From IMG/VR virus record IMGVR_UViG_3300034102_002101, positions 32,001 through 96,000 of that record: DNA of 64,000 nucleotides. One strand, written 5' to 3'. The position numbers were made by a program, and so were the translations under genes. This document shows, piece by piece, positions 9,042 to 19,005 of the stretch. The stretch is from a virus. Every line of letters begins with the position of its first letter. Within the stretch, counting starts at the first letter, position 1. The notes beneath the pieces are model-generated. The model was given only the letters and a program-made list of their open reading frames with translations. It searched no databases and was not told the origin of the DNA.

Positions 9042-10199
9042 ATGAAATCATACAATGTCAAGATAATATTTAAGACAGAAGAAGATAAACAAAAACTTCT
9101 TAAAACTCTTTCTCTTCAAAGAGATGCGTGGAACATAGCTTCCACGCATCGATTTGGTATGAAGAATGGGGAAATTAAAGTTCTCCATGACTTATCATAT
9201 TACGATATAAAAAATAAGATTCAAACACTTCCTTCTCAATATATTATAAAATCTATACGAGATGTAATTGCTGCCTATACCACGATAAAGAGTAATAGAG
9301 TAAAACTAGATGAAGCTGCTTCTAAGAAGCAGCTTTCTTGTCATTTAGACAAGAGATTGTTTAACTGGAGGAATAAAGAAAGAACCACATTCTCAATAAC
9401 AACATATAACAAAAGAGTAACATGCTCAATCGAATATTACGATAAGTTAAAGGAGTTTAGTCTATCAGATATGATTGATCCATCTATATTTGTAAAAGGT
9501 GGAGAAATTTACTTGACACTAATATTTGACGAAAAACAAAGACCATTGTTTAAAGAATCTACCAATTCTGTAGGAATTGATCTCGGTATCAGAAGAATAT
9601 TTTCAACGAGTAAGGGTGATATATTAAAAGATAAGAAATCGTTGAAGATCAAACGAAAAATTCGTTTCCTAAAACGAATTTTGCAAGCAAAGTCAACTTT
9701 AGGTTCTAAGAGTTCAAGGAAACACTTAATTAAACTTAAAAGAAAAGAGCAAAATTTTAACAAAAATTGGACACATAACGTTGTTAATAAAGCACTTTCG
9801 TTGAACAATGATTGTTCAACATTTGTTATCGAAGATCTAAAAGGGGTTAAGAGAACAAAAGGATACAAGAAACAAGGAAATATGAAATCTCAATGGAATC
9901 CATTTGAGTTTCGTAGAATTTTAACTTACAAGGCACAAGCTCTAAACAAAAGAGTGGTAACGGTTAAACCATACTTAACATCACAACTTGACCACCGTGG
10001 TCAAGTTGGTGGAATAAGAATTGGATGTAGGTACAAAGCAGGTGACGGAGTTATGTTGGATGCGGACGTAAACGCCGCAATCAACATACTCAACAAATAC
10101 CTCAAACACCCCAACTCGTGCCTTACGGCACTTGATGGGCAGGTCCGAGTCAACGGACCATATGAAAGAGATAGTTTATCTTTCAAATCGAACAAGTAA
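9042..10199 (+). CDS. tnpB: TnpB-family RNA-guided endonuclease (IS200/IS605/IS607 OrfB)
   Basis: RuvC-I VGIDLG, RuvC-II FVIEDL, RuvC-III DADVNAAINI; FEFRRILTYKA..VVTVKPYLTSQ; zinc-finger cysteines absent; ATG 9042 preferred as start. Confidence 0.9.
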   Translation: MKSYNVKIIFKTEEDKQKLLKTLSLQRDAWNIASTHRFGMKNGEIKVLHDLSYYDIKNKIQTLPSQYIIKSIRDVIAAYTTIKSNRVKLDEAASKKQLSCHLDKRLFNWRNKERTTFSITTYNKRVTCSIEYYDKLKEFSLSDMIDPSIFVKGGEIYLTLIFDEKQRPLFKESTNSVGIDLGIRRIFSTSKGDILKDKKSLKIKRKIRFLKRILQAKSTLGSKSSRKHLIKLKRKEQNFNKNWTHNVVNKALSLNNDCSTFVIEDLKGVKRTKGYKKQGNMKSQWNPFEFRRILTYKAQALNKRVVTVKPYLTSQLDHRGQVGGIRIGCRYKAGDGVMLDADVNAAINILNKYLKHPNSCLTALDGQVRVNGPYERDSLSFKSNK

Positions 10200-10237
10200 A
10201 AATTGTTGGTAGTTGACAAGTTTACGTTTTTTAACGA
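10105..10237 (+). ncRNA. Putative TnpB omegaRNA (scaffold plus about 20-nt guide)
   Basis: Hairpins at 10118-10131, 10142-10159, 10163-10185 and 10191-10207; GTCAAC (10149-10154) is complementary to terminal GTTGAC (10212-10217), a possible pseudoknot; guide would start at 10218; 5' boundary uncertain. Confidence 0.65.
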
Positions 10238-10246
10238 ATTTATTAT

Positions 10247-10255
10247 ATATTTATA
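10247..10255 (+). promoter_or_regulatory. Putative late promoter ATATTTATA
   Basis: 6 nt before ATG 10262. Confidence 0.5.
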
Positions 10256-10261
10256 TAATAT

Positions 10262-10693
10262 ATGAGAAATACAATGATCGGTTTATTAATTTTTGGAGCT
10301 ATTGGGTTAGTTCTTTTATCTGTATATGATAATAATTATAGCTATAATAGTTTACCGAGGAAAGTAGCTATACATTCAAAATCAGAGATTAAGTCTATGG
10401 ATGGTGTTTTTGCTATATTGGGAACAGGTTCCATGGCACCATACATTAAAGGTGGAAACCCTACTGCTATAGTTGCTTATGCTGCAACGGATAAGAATAT
10501 TAAGTTTATTGGATTACGTAAACAAGATCTGGTAATTTATAGAAATGGTAATAGCTTTATTATTCATCAGTTGGTCGGCAATGACTCTGCTGGATGGATA
10601 GTATCTGGGTATAATAACAAATTTTATGATTCCGGTAGAGTTACCGAAGAAAACTTTGTTGGTAAGGTTGTTCTTGTGTATGAATTGGAATGA
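10262..10693 (+). CDS. Membrane-anchored S26 (signal peptidase I/SipW-like) peptidase
   Basis: N-terminal hydrophobic helix; GTGSMAPYI (catalytic Ser box), DLVIY, IIHQL, SGYNN...D resemble the S26B boxes. Confidence 0.6.
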   Translation: MRNTMIGLLIFGAIGLVLLSVYDNNYSYNSLPRKVAIHSKSEIKSMDGVFAILGTGSMAPYIKGGNPTAIVAYAATDKNIKFIGLRKQDLVIYRNGNSFIIHQLVGNDSAGWIVSGYNNKFYDSGRVTEENFVGKVVLVYELE

Positions 10694-10755
10694 ACACAAA
10701 ATAAACGGATAATAACTAAAATATTACCATATTTATTTGCATAACCTAGACACAA

Positions 10756-11616
10756 ATGATTTATAAAAAAATAGCAGATTTCCCAACAAAGTCAATAGGT
10801 TCATATACTGGAAATGAATTACTACTGATATCCGATACTGTTTACAATGCGAAGATAAAAACATCGGAATTAAAACAATTTTTCTTGGAAAGTGCTAGTT
10901 ATATAGCTAACTCCGGAAATATAAGCATAAAGGCAGGTATTAATGGTACCGAAAGTGTGAATTTTTCATCGAGCGTAAACATCACCGGAGATGTTTCTAT
11001 TTTAGGGGTTTTGAATGTAACTGAGGTAAACCAGATCAATGTCTCGGATTTATACGTTAGAGATAAGCTGATAGTATTAAATTCTAGTGGTAGTAATTTG
11101 ACTGCTACTGGTAGCGGTATTACGGTCAGTGGAAGTTCCGGGACAGTGTCTTCTGTATTGTTTGATCCGGCTTTACCATCTAAATGGAAAATAGATGGGA
11201 AACAAATTGTTACCGTATCTGACGCTCAGACATTAACAAATAAAGTATTAAATTCTACACAAATTACCGGTAGCGTTACTTTATCCGGTTCTTTAGATAC
11301 GTTTGGTATCAGGAATATTAAGTTCACCTCACTATCCGGTGCCAGTCCAGTTGTGCCACTTACTAATGAGTATGTATTGCTAAATTCGTCAAATGGTACC
11401 GCTAGTTTAAGTCCATGCGCAGGAATGACTGGTAGGGTAATAACAATAAAGAATCTAACACCCGGTGATTGTATGATATCGGCTAGTTCTGGTGAGCTTA
11501 TAGATAGAGAAAATTCATACACATTGGAAATGGATGATGCTATACAATTTATAGGTTCGGCAAGTGTTTGGTATACGTTCGCATACTCACCAGCAAGCGA
11601 AGTCATAATCACGTAA
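10756..11616 (+). CDS. Tail fibre-like virion protein
   Basis: KKIADFP anchor-like start; VRDKLIVLN...GSGITV; AQTLTNK motif; ATATTTATT at 10729-10737 upstream. Confidence 0.65.
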   Translation: MIYKKIADFPTKSIGSYTGNELLLISDTVYNAKIKTSELKQFFLESASYIANSGNISIKAGINGTESVNFSSSVNITGDVSILGVLNVTEVNQINVSDLYVRDKLIVLNSSGSNLTATGSGITVSGSSGTVSSVLFDPALPSKWKIDGKQIVTVSDAQTLTNKVLNSTQITGSVTLSGSLDTFGIRNIKFTSLSGASPVVPLTNEYVLLNSSNGTASLSPCAGMTGRVITIKNLTPGDCMISASSGELIDRENSYTLEMDDAIQFIGSASVWYTFAYSPASEVIIT

Positions 11617-11622
11617 TATCTT

Positions 11623-11919
11623 ATGAAGTTGATTGATTTACTATTCGAAAATGTTACCAAGGATCTCTACCAAGATTCTATAAGAAACGCATTACCAAAT
11701 TATAAGGTATCGACGAGTAAAAGCGGAGATAGCGACTTTATAACCATTAAAATATCGGATCTATTAGATAAACCTATCGGTGAATATAAAAGGTTTATAA
11801 CTAACGCAACACTCAACAAAACACACAATTGTAGTGGCGATATAAAGTCAATCGTAGATAAACACGATATCGAATTTTCAAAGAAACACAAATTAAGAAT
11901 AACCGGAGAGAATAATTAA
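11623..11919 (+). CDS. Hypothetical protein (MKLIDLLFE N-terminus)
   Basis: Clean ORF tightly packed between fibre genes. Confidence 0.55.
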   Translation: MKLIDLLFENVTKDLYQDSIRNALPNYKVSTSKSGDSDFITIKISDLLDKPIGEYKRFITNATLNKTHNCSGDIKSIVDKHDIEFSKKHKLRITGENN

Positions 11920-11924
11920 AAACC

Positions 11925-13241
11925 ATGAGTGGAATCCCAATTTATACATTACCAGAAAAGACCGAACTAGATCAGTTAGATTATATTCCGGTTTCTAGTG
12001 ACACACAAACTTCCAAAGTAACTCCGTATAATTTTAGAAAGAACATGGATAAGACAGTATCGTTGCCCACAACAAGCAGCGTATCGGCAGATGATTATAT
12101 AAAGGTTGATAGTTTCACATATGGAACAAGAGCATTGAGAGTAAGAAATTCGGTAATATATAGCGCAATGACAAGTACGACAGCAGCATTTAATGAACTG
12201 GTACTTGGCTCTGACTTGAGGATGACAAACGCAAGAGTTCCGTTACCTCATTCCCATTCGATAACGAATATGACGGATTTTGATCCCGCCAACTACATAA
12301 CGAATTCTAGATTAGGTTTACCGAACGGTATTGCCCCCCTCGATTCAAGTAGCCTAGTACCATCTACATATTTACCACCATTTCCAATAACTAACATACC
12401 AAGCGCAAGTGGGATATTCTCGAACGCAGTTAACTTAATATCCGATAATAATGTTCAGGGAGCAATTGATAAATTATCAAATGCTGCTTATATACTAATA
12501 AATTCAGCATCTGCTGGTGTCACAGGTACCACTAATGTACAGGGAGCACTTGGTCAAAAGTTGAGTTTACTAGGTGGGTCTATGACTGGTTTACTCGTAG
12601 CACAAGCAAACAACTTTAGGATAGGTGCCAATGACTTAATAGCAATATCGAATAATATAGGAATAGGAACATCCACACCAACTACAAAATTAGACGTTGC
12701 TGGTAACATAAAGGGTACCGATTTTATCTATGTCACCTCGAACGGGTTTCCGCAATTTGTATTACAAGACCCGTCTGGTCAAACTAATAGATATGCTATT
12801 TGGAGAGATCCTTCCGATGTTTTATCTATTGGTCCACAAACTACTTCTGGTGCCGGTACCGCAGCGTTATCGATATACAGGGACACACAAGCAACATTTA
12901 GTTCAAATCTGCGGGTTGTTGGTGATATAACGGCTTTTTATTCATCCGACAGAAGACTAAAGGATAACATTAAAAATATAGAAAACCCAATAGACAAGAT
13001 ACGAAAAATTAACGGTGTATCGTTCGACTGGAACGACAAACAGAGTACTCATACTGGTCATGATATCGGGGTGGTTGCACAAGAGATTGAGTCAGTTTTC
13101 CCCGAATTGGTTACGACCAGAGACAATGGGTATAAAGCTGTTAAATACGAAAAGTTGGTCGCGTTATTGATTGAGGGAATCAAGGATCTACAAACGCAGA
13201 TAGATGAACTGAAGCGGGATGATATATCACGTTGTCCGTAA
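11925..13241 (+). CDS. Tail fibre with C-terminal intramolecular chaperone (peptidase S74)
   Basis: NIGIGTSTPTTKLDVAG repeat; S|DRRLKDNI autocleavage motif; GVVAQEIESVFPELV...VKYEKLVALLIEGIKDL. Confidence 0.9.
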   Translation: MSGIPIYTLPEKTELDQLDYIPVSSDTQTSKVTPYNFRKNMDKTVSLPTTSSVSADDYIKVDSFTYGTRALRVRNSVIYSAMTSTTAAFNELVLGSDLRMTNARVPLPHSHSITNMTDFDPANYITNSRLGLPNGIAPLDSSSLVPSTYLPPFPITNIPSASGIFSNAVNLISDNNVQGAIDKLSNAAYILINSASAGVTGTTNVQGALGQKLSLLGGSMTGLLVAQANNFRIGANDLIAISNNIGIGTSTPTTKLDVAGNIKGTDFIYVTSNGFPQFVLQDPSGQTNRYAIWRDPSDVLSIGPQTTSGAGTAALSIYRDTQATFSSNLRVVGDITAFYSSDRRLKDNIKNIENPIDKIRKINGVSFDWNDKQSTHTGHDIGVVAQEIESVFPELVTTRDNGYKAVKYEKLVALLIEGIKDLQTQIDELKRDDISRCP

Positions 13242-13319
13242 ACGCTTCCATACACTAACTAACCACAATCGACTCTAAGCCCAGTAAGCTTTCTTTGTTA
13301 AAAATAGGATATAAATGTA

Positions 13320-13347
13320 TTGACATTATAGATAAATTTATTAATAT
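13320..13347 (+). promoter_or_regulatory. sigma70-like promoter TTGACA-N16-TAATAT
   Basis: Intergenic, upstream of the 13363-20432 gene string. Confidence 0.55.
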
Positions 13348-13362
13348 ACGATCAATAAAATT

Positions 13363-13884
13363 ATGGCAGCCGTACCACCAACAGGACAAATCAGTGTATC
13401 AGATATTATATCTGCCGCGAATGACCAATATGCAACACCGGACTTTTCTACAAATGTTAGTTTATCTGCCTTGAGAGCTAGGCTAAAATTAGGTCAAAGT
13501 AATGTTCCGTCATCAAATTTAAACGTTGGATTCTCATCGACCAGAAATTCGCAGTTTATCACATATAAAATAACAGCATACCCAGAGTCCGTATCAACTT
13601 ATGCTACAAATAATAACGGAATAATTGAGGTGGAGATAGATGAGGAAATGCTTGTTGGATATGGGTTAAGCGTAACAGTGTCATTAAGTACGGGAGAAAC
13701 AGAGACGAAGAATATAATAGGTACAGAATCAAATATATTTTCATTAACAGGTCTGAGTGGGGATTCCGTTACCGCACGTACCGTAACTGTCCGCGACAAT
13801 TTATCTGCACATCAAGTATCGGATAGTATAATCGTTCCATATGGTGGAACAACAAATAACGTAGTTTTTAGAAATCGAGCATGA
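13363..13884 (+). CDS. Tail-fibre-associated small protein
   Basis: N-terminal PPTGQISVSDI resembles starts of genes that follow S74 fibres; beta-rich C-terminus. Confidence 0.5.
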   Translation: MAAVPPTGQISVSDIISAANDQYATPDFSTNVSLSALRARLKLGQSNVPSSNLNVGFSSTRNSQFITYKITAYPESVSTYATNNNGIIEVEIDEEMLVGYGLSVTVSLSTGETETKNIIGTESNIFSLTGLSGDSVTARTVTVRDNLSAHQVSDSIIVPYGGTTNNVVFRNRA

Positions 13885-14576
13885 ATATTGACAACCTAAA
13901 AAAAATATTAAGTACTACAGCAATCACACTGAAAATTAAATCCAGTGGGATTAATGTATTCTGTTTAATGCCCCAAACAATAACTAGCTATTCAAATGGA
14001 ATTGAAATATATGATTATGTTGAGGACAAAAAATATCTAATAACTCAGCACACTGAGCTTGATTTCATATCAACTAAATATTTCTCATACCCGTCCGATA
14101 AGGAATTCATAAATTATGAAGATTTCCATAAAAATAATTCAAGTAATATACAAATTAACAATAATAAAAGCTTATTAACCTTTACTAAAATAAAAGAATT
14201 TTATCAACAATTTAATGATGATGATACATCGATAAACAGACTGAAATTATTGAATCACTTTTGTGATGTTGAAATTTTAAAAAGATTTGGAATACGGAAT
14301 CTGGAAAATTTTTATACCAACCGCAAAGGGTGGATCGATGAAGCCAAATTAAGAGTCACTTCTATGCTAGAAAATTCGATGAATTCTTCGATATCAAAGT
14401 TGAACGACGAAAGAAATTTATATGTGAGTAATAACGACACTTCATCTATCGAGGAAGTTGATTTGGTTATATCATTGATAAAAGAATCTGTCGCGGAGAC
14501 AACTTTCGATGATGTTAATGAACTGAACGACTTTTATAAAGCATGGCCGAGAATTTTATTGCCAACACCATTTTGA
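13881..14576 (+). CDS. Hypothetical protein
   Basis: ATGA overlap with the upstream gene; no motif recognised. Confidence 0.6.
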   Translation: MNIDNLKKILSTTAITLKIKSSGINVFCLMPQTITSYSNGIEIYDYVEDKKYLITQHTELDFISTKYFSYPSDKEFINYEDFHKNNSSNIQINNNKSLLTFTKIKEFYQQFNDDDTSINRLKLLNHFCDVEILKRFGIRNLENFYTNRKGWIDEAKLRVTSMLENSMNSSISKLNDERNLYVSNNDTSSIEEVDLVISLIKESVAETTFDDVNELNDFYKAWPRILLPTPF

Positions 14577-15259
14577 AAAAATGTATAACAATTTCATGTG
14601 ATGTTGATTATGAGACTTATGCGATAAATTGCGTAAAGTCTATAAGAAACGTTTCGTCTGTTGATGTGATGGTAAGAACCATCGATTTTAAGTCCGAAAT
14701 AATTGAATCGATTTACAATACCACGACCATGGTTGACATGGTTAGATTGTCAACAAAAAAACGGATAAAAAGTAAAATAGATAGATTGGATCTAAACAAT
14801 TGGCGACATAATTTATGTTCGGATAGATCTGTGTATGCATGTCATAGTAGATTTGTAAATGTGATGGAACTATTTAAGAATGGATATGATATGGTATATT
14901 CGATTGACTGTGATTTTGTATTTAAAAAAAATTTTGATTCTCTTTGGTCATTGGAAGGTGATATTTCTATGCATGATCCTTTTGATGATAGTGGATTTGA
15001 AGATGCTATTCTGTATAAAAACACGGATAATTCAATAAAATTTTTAAGATCTGTGAATGATATAATTTCAGAAGATCCATTTTTCTGGGAAAAAGATATG
15101 GAAGCCATACAAAAATCGAAGATGGTGTGCGGGTTAAAAATTTCACAACTTCCTATGATATATAGAGATCATTTATGTTCAGACGATAGTTTGATATGGA
15201 GTGGATATGGAAAGTCTAAATTCAATTCTAATTTTATATATGAAAAAAATTGTAAATAG
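14573..15259 (+). CDS. Glycosyltransferase-like protein (GT-A, DxD)
   Basis: HSRF...YSIDCDFV and FFWEKDM; paralogous to 18226..19005; TTG 14573 overlaps the upstream stop (alternative ATG 14543). Confidence 0.55.
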   Translation: MKKCITISCDVDYETYAINCVKSIRNVSSVDVMVRTIDFKSEIIESIYNTTTMVDMVRLSTKKRIKSKIDRLDLNNWRHNLCSDRSVYACHSRFVNVMELFKNGYDMVYSIDCDFVFKKNFDSLWSLEGDISMHDPFDDSGFEDAILYKNTDNSIKFLRSVNDIISEDPFFWEKDMEAIQKSKMVCGLKISQLPMIYRDHLCSDDSLIWSGYGKSKFNSNFIYEKNCK

Positions 15260-16316
15260 TTATAACGAATGGGATAAATTGGAAGAGGTTATTGTTGGGT
15301 GCGGAATACCAACTAATATACCAGCAATCGATTTTACATTTAAAATGTTTTTTCATGATAACCTGATTGGGATAAACGAATTTAGACACGAAATATTAAA
15401 AAAACATATAGATGAGCACAACGAGGATATAGAATCATTCGCAGAGCTATTGAAAAGTCTTGGGGTAATAGTGAAAAGGCCGAAAGTTCCTGATAAGATT
15501 CACAAGGTGAAAACACATTCATGGAATAGTGAGGTTCACCCATCACTAAATGTCAGGGATTTGACTGTCGTCATCGGAGACGAAATAATAGAAACCCCAC
15601 CTTCATGTAGATGGAGATACTATGAGACAGATTTCATGAAACATCTATTTCTCGATTATTTCAATAATGGAGCTAAATGGACACAAGTCCCAAAACCAAT
15701 TATTACGGACATGTCATTTGATATGTCTTATATCGAGAAAACTGGTGGAATTATAAACAGAAAAGAATCTTATATGGATTGTGGATATGAGATAATGTTT
15801 GATGCCGCTAACATGATGAGATTCGGGAAACATATATTGTTCAATTGTTCAAATGAGAATAGTAGAATGGGAATGAAGTGGTTACAAAGACATTTAGGAG
15901 ATAAACATATTGTCTGGGGAGTAGATATATGCGACAATCACATAGATTCATCTATATTACCACTAAAACCAGGCTTATGTATTGTCACCAGAGAGGATTT
16001 TTGGCACAAATTACCTGCACCATTACAGAAATGGGATAAGATATACATTCCACAACTCAATAGAACTACAGAAGAATTTCATATGCAGGGAATTAAGTTG
16101 GCATCTCCAAGGATCGAATTAAATGTATTTTCAGTATCACCGGAGTTGGTCATTTGCCACCCAAACTATGAAAAAATTCTAAATCAGAAATTGAATCCAC
16201 ATGGAATATCGGCAATTGGATCTAGAATGAGACACTGTGAAATCTTTTCTGGGGCACATCATTGCACTACACTAGACATTAGACGAGACGGAATCATGGA
16301 GGATTATTTCACATGA
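15240..16316 (+). CDS. Amidinotransferase (glycine amidinotransferase/StrB1 family)
   Basis: VNSYNEWDKLEEVIVG N-terminus, RD motif, catalytic Asp (FDAA), His (HIDS) and Cys (GAHHCTTLDIRR). Confidence 0.9.
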   Translation: MKKIVNSYNEWDKLEEVIVGCGIPTNIPAIDFTFKMFFHDNLIGINEFRHEILKKHIDEHNEDIESFAELLKSLGVIVKRPKVPDKIHKVKTHSWNSEVHPSLNVRDLTVVIGDEIIETPPSCRWRYYETDFMKHLFLDYFNNGAKWTQVPKPIITDMSFDMSYIEKTGGIINRKESYMDCGYEIMFDAANMMRFGKHILFNCSNENSRMGMKWLQRHLGDKHIVWGVDICDNHIDSSILPLKPGLCIVTREDFWHKLPAPLQKWDKIYIPQLNRTTEEFHMQGIKLASPRIELNVFSVSPELVICHPNYEKILNQKLNPHGISAIGSRMRHCEIFSGAHHCTTLDIRRDGIMEDYFT

Positions 16317-17263
16317 CACCAAATGAAAGTTATGATATTTTATATCGAAATAGGTACGGTAAATCTTATAAATTTCTTAAAAACTTTAAATCTCACACGA
16401 ACGTTGACCAAATATCACGAGAAATTGACCTATATATCTGCGGGTCAGATTTTGATACTGATTTAGAAAAAGTAACTCAATATTTTTACTTAAAATACTT
16501 TGATAATTTCAAAACATATAATTATGCCGATATAATAAAAAATATAATTACTATAAACTCTAAACAATACGAACATATTGTAAAAAATAAATTCTCAATA
16601 CATTACAAGAGAAATGAGGTGGAGACATTATCTGACATATTTTCTAATAAAAATGTCACTTATAGAACTGTACAAGCAAATCTATCAAGTAAAAAGACAC
16701 ATATAAGAGAATTAGTTTTATATTACAAATGTATGAAAAGTATAAAAATTGGAGAATTTGATCAGATCGATACGTTCCATTTTATTTTATTATATAAAGT
16801 AATAAAGAAATTGATTTTGGAAAAAAAGATACAAACGATTAATGCCGTAAGAATCCTTCCTAGATATTATGGTCATCTTCCAGATATAGTAAATCGTGTT
16901 GCGAAAGATGGGGATATATATTATTCTGACGGAGGATCTAATTTTCCGTCGATAACTTCGATTTTTTCAAACACGGTACATCTACAATGTCAGTCAGAAA
17001 TTCCTGATCTTGAATTTGGGACTATTCCGGTATTATCTTCACCGATGGTGTTTTTTTCCAATTTAGATGAATCAATTAATAAATTTGTAAAACTTCCATT
17101 CAGTTATTTTCCAAGTTCAATTTCAAATGGAGATGCTGTTATCGATGATGAATACTTGAGTTTTGGAAAATTTGAAAATGATAATTGTACAATTGAAGGT
17201 ATATTCAATGGAATTAGAAATATGGTTCTAAATTTGGATGAAATGAATATGGAGAGTTTATAA
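16313..17263 (+). CDS. Hypothetical protein
   Basis: 316-aa ORF, ATGA-coupled to the amidinotransferase; no motif recognised. Confidence 0.6.
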   Translation: MTPNESYDILYRNRYGKSYKFLKNFKSHTNVDQISREIDLYICGSDFDTDLEKVTQYFYLKYFDNFKTYNYADIIKNIITINSKQYEHIVKNKFSIHYKRNEVETLSDIFSNKNVTYRTVQANLSSKKTHIRELVLYYKCMKSIKIGEFDQIDTFHFILLYKVIKKLILEKKIQTINAVRILPRYYGHLPDIVNRVAKDGDIYYSDGGSNFPSITSIFSNTVHLQCQSEIPDLEFGTIPVLSSPMVFFSNLDESINKFVKLPFSYFPSSISNGDAVIDDEYLSFGKFENDNCTIEGIFNGIRNMVLNLDEMNMESL

Positions 17264-17269
17264 AATATT

Positions 17270-18223
17270 ATGAAATTATTTGACGACTTAAATAATGTTC
17301 AACTATTGTACAAATATATGAAGTTCGATATATTTGAAAAATCCTCCGGTGGCTCAGTAACCCATGGCAAGTCGATAACTATAATAATAATAGATAAATG
17401 TACATTAAATTGCAATTTCTGTCGAGGTGGGATTGACGCTGATATTATCAATCTCCGAACTTCGAATAAGATTATGGATTTCCCTACGTTCGTAACAATC
17501 GTTGATAAATGCATCGAATTTGGGATATGTAAATTTGATTTATCTCCACCAATAGGGGAGCCGTTTATGGACAAAGGAATTTTCGATAAGTTGGACTACT
17601 TAGAAAAGAATAAATCCGTATCAGATATATTGATAACGACTAATCTGACATTATTATCGGAGGATGATCTAATTAGACTATCGAATTACAAAAAGCTGAT
17701 GATTCATATTTCCGTATATGGATGCTGTCCAAATTCATATAAAGAACAAACTGGGAGAGATTTATTTTTAAAATTTAAAAAGAATCTTAGTATTTTATAT
17801 GAGTTTTGTGAATTGAATCCATCAAATTTTAAAATTAGGTTCAATATTCGATGTTTATTGGATTACGAATCGGAAATTTTTCTTGCGTTAGTTAAATTTC
17901 ATTCAAAATTTGGTTTTTTATTGAGGACAAATGAGGTTTCCAACGTTAATAGAGCAGGAAATATAACAACAAAAACTGATCGTAGTATCAATTCAAAGTG
18001 TGGGATATGTCCATATGGACCAGGAAGCGGAGGTGGGATTGATCAGTATGGAAATCTTCTATTTTGTCCGTTTAACGATATAAAAAAGGTTGGTGTAGTT
18101 GGTAATGTACTTGACATGTCAATCTCAGACATATATGATGGCGAAAAATGGAAGTCTGTAATAGAAAACCACAAAAACAATCGATATGTTGGGATATGTT
18201 CCACATGTGATGAAAATTTCTAA
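17270..18223 (+). CDS. Radical SAM protein with SPASM/twitch domain
   Basis: CTLNCNFC (CxxxCxxC), GEPF, C-terminal CPY...GNLLFC...CSTC. Confidence 0.9.
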   Translation: MKLFDDLNNVQLLYKYMKFDIFEKSSGGSVTHGKSITIIIIDKCTLNCNFCRGGIDADIINLRTSNKIMDFPTFVTIVDKCIEFGICKFDLSPPIGEPFMDKGIFDKLDYLEKNKSVSDILITTNLTLLSEDDLIRLSNYKKLMIHISVYGCCPNSYKEQTGRDLFLKFKKNLSILYEFCELNPSNFKIRFNIRCLLDYESEIFLALVKFHSKFGFLLRTNEVSNVNRAGNITTKTDRSINSKCGICPYGPGSGGGIDQYGNLLFCPFNDIKKVGVVGNVLDMSISDIYDGEKWKSVIENHKNNRYVGICSTCDENF

Positions 18224-18225
18224 CT

Positions 18226-19005
18226 ATGTTAATAGTAACTGCCTGTGACATCAATTATTATGGATACGCAAAACGATTGGTAAAATCAATTAGACATAAA
18301 TCACCTAAATGTAAAATTTTACTAAAGCTGATAGATTTTCATAATAACGAATTGATAGGAGATGATATACAAATCATAGAAGAAACCACGGGACTTTCTG
18401 GTATTCCAAATATGATTGTAGGTGGGATGGGAAATAGACATTTGTTGCGAACAATAGATGATGGCGTGAATAAGTCTATCGGTATAGATGATGTGAAGCA
18501 TTCTAAATGGTTGGTCTCTAAGAGACAGTGTTATTCCAGCAATACTAGGTTTCGATCAATTTTACATTCGTTTGACTTGGATGAAAATGTCATCTATCTC
18601 GATGCTGATACAATAGTCAATAGAGAATTGGCTGAATTAGAAAGTTTATTGGATTGTGATGTAGCTTGCCGTAGAATGGTTGATGAAAGATATCCAGATG
18701 GAATAGCATGGCAGTGTAGTTTTATATACGCCAAATCAACATCAATAAATTTTATTGAATCTACCATGCAATCAACAGAAAAAAATATGTTTTTCTGGGA
18801 CAGTGATCAATATGAATTTGAAAAAAATTATCAAATCCACAAAGACCATATACGATTTAACATAATTTCTTCCGATATAGAGTATGGTGCGGGGATGCGT
18901 GACACAAATTTCATATACAATCCAAGTAGTTATGTTTTTGCTGGTAGTGGTACGAATAAAACTTCTAATCTTGATTTTATAAAAATGTTAAAACTGTATG
19001 AATAA
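18226..19005 (+). CDS. Glycosyltransferase-like protein (GT-A, DxD)
   Basis: IVTACDINY, NTRF, IYLDADTIV, FFWDSDQ. Confidence 0.65.
   Translation: MLIVTACDINYYGYAKRLVKSIRHKSPKCKILLKLIDFHNNELIGDDIQIIEETTGLSGIPNMIVGGMGNRHLLRTIDDGVNKSIGIDDVKHSKWLVSKRQCYSSNTRFRSILHSFDLDENVIYLDADTIVNRELAELESLLDCDVACRRMVDERYPDGIAWQCSFIYAKSTSINFIESTMQSTEKNMFFWDSDQYEFEKNYQIHKDHIRFNIISSDIEYGAGMRDTNFIYNPSSYVFAGSGTNKTSNLDFIKMLKLYE

Noticed and set aside
10213-10240. TTGACA as a promoter -35 box
   Set aside because: No -10 box at 16-18 nt; it coincides with the predicted omegaRNA scaffold end.
2-13241. Diversity-generating retroelement acting on the fibres
   Set aside because: No reverse transcriptase in the window and no repeat pair differing only at adenines.
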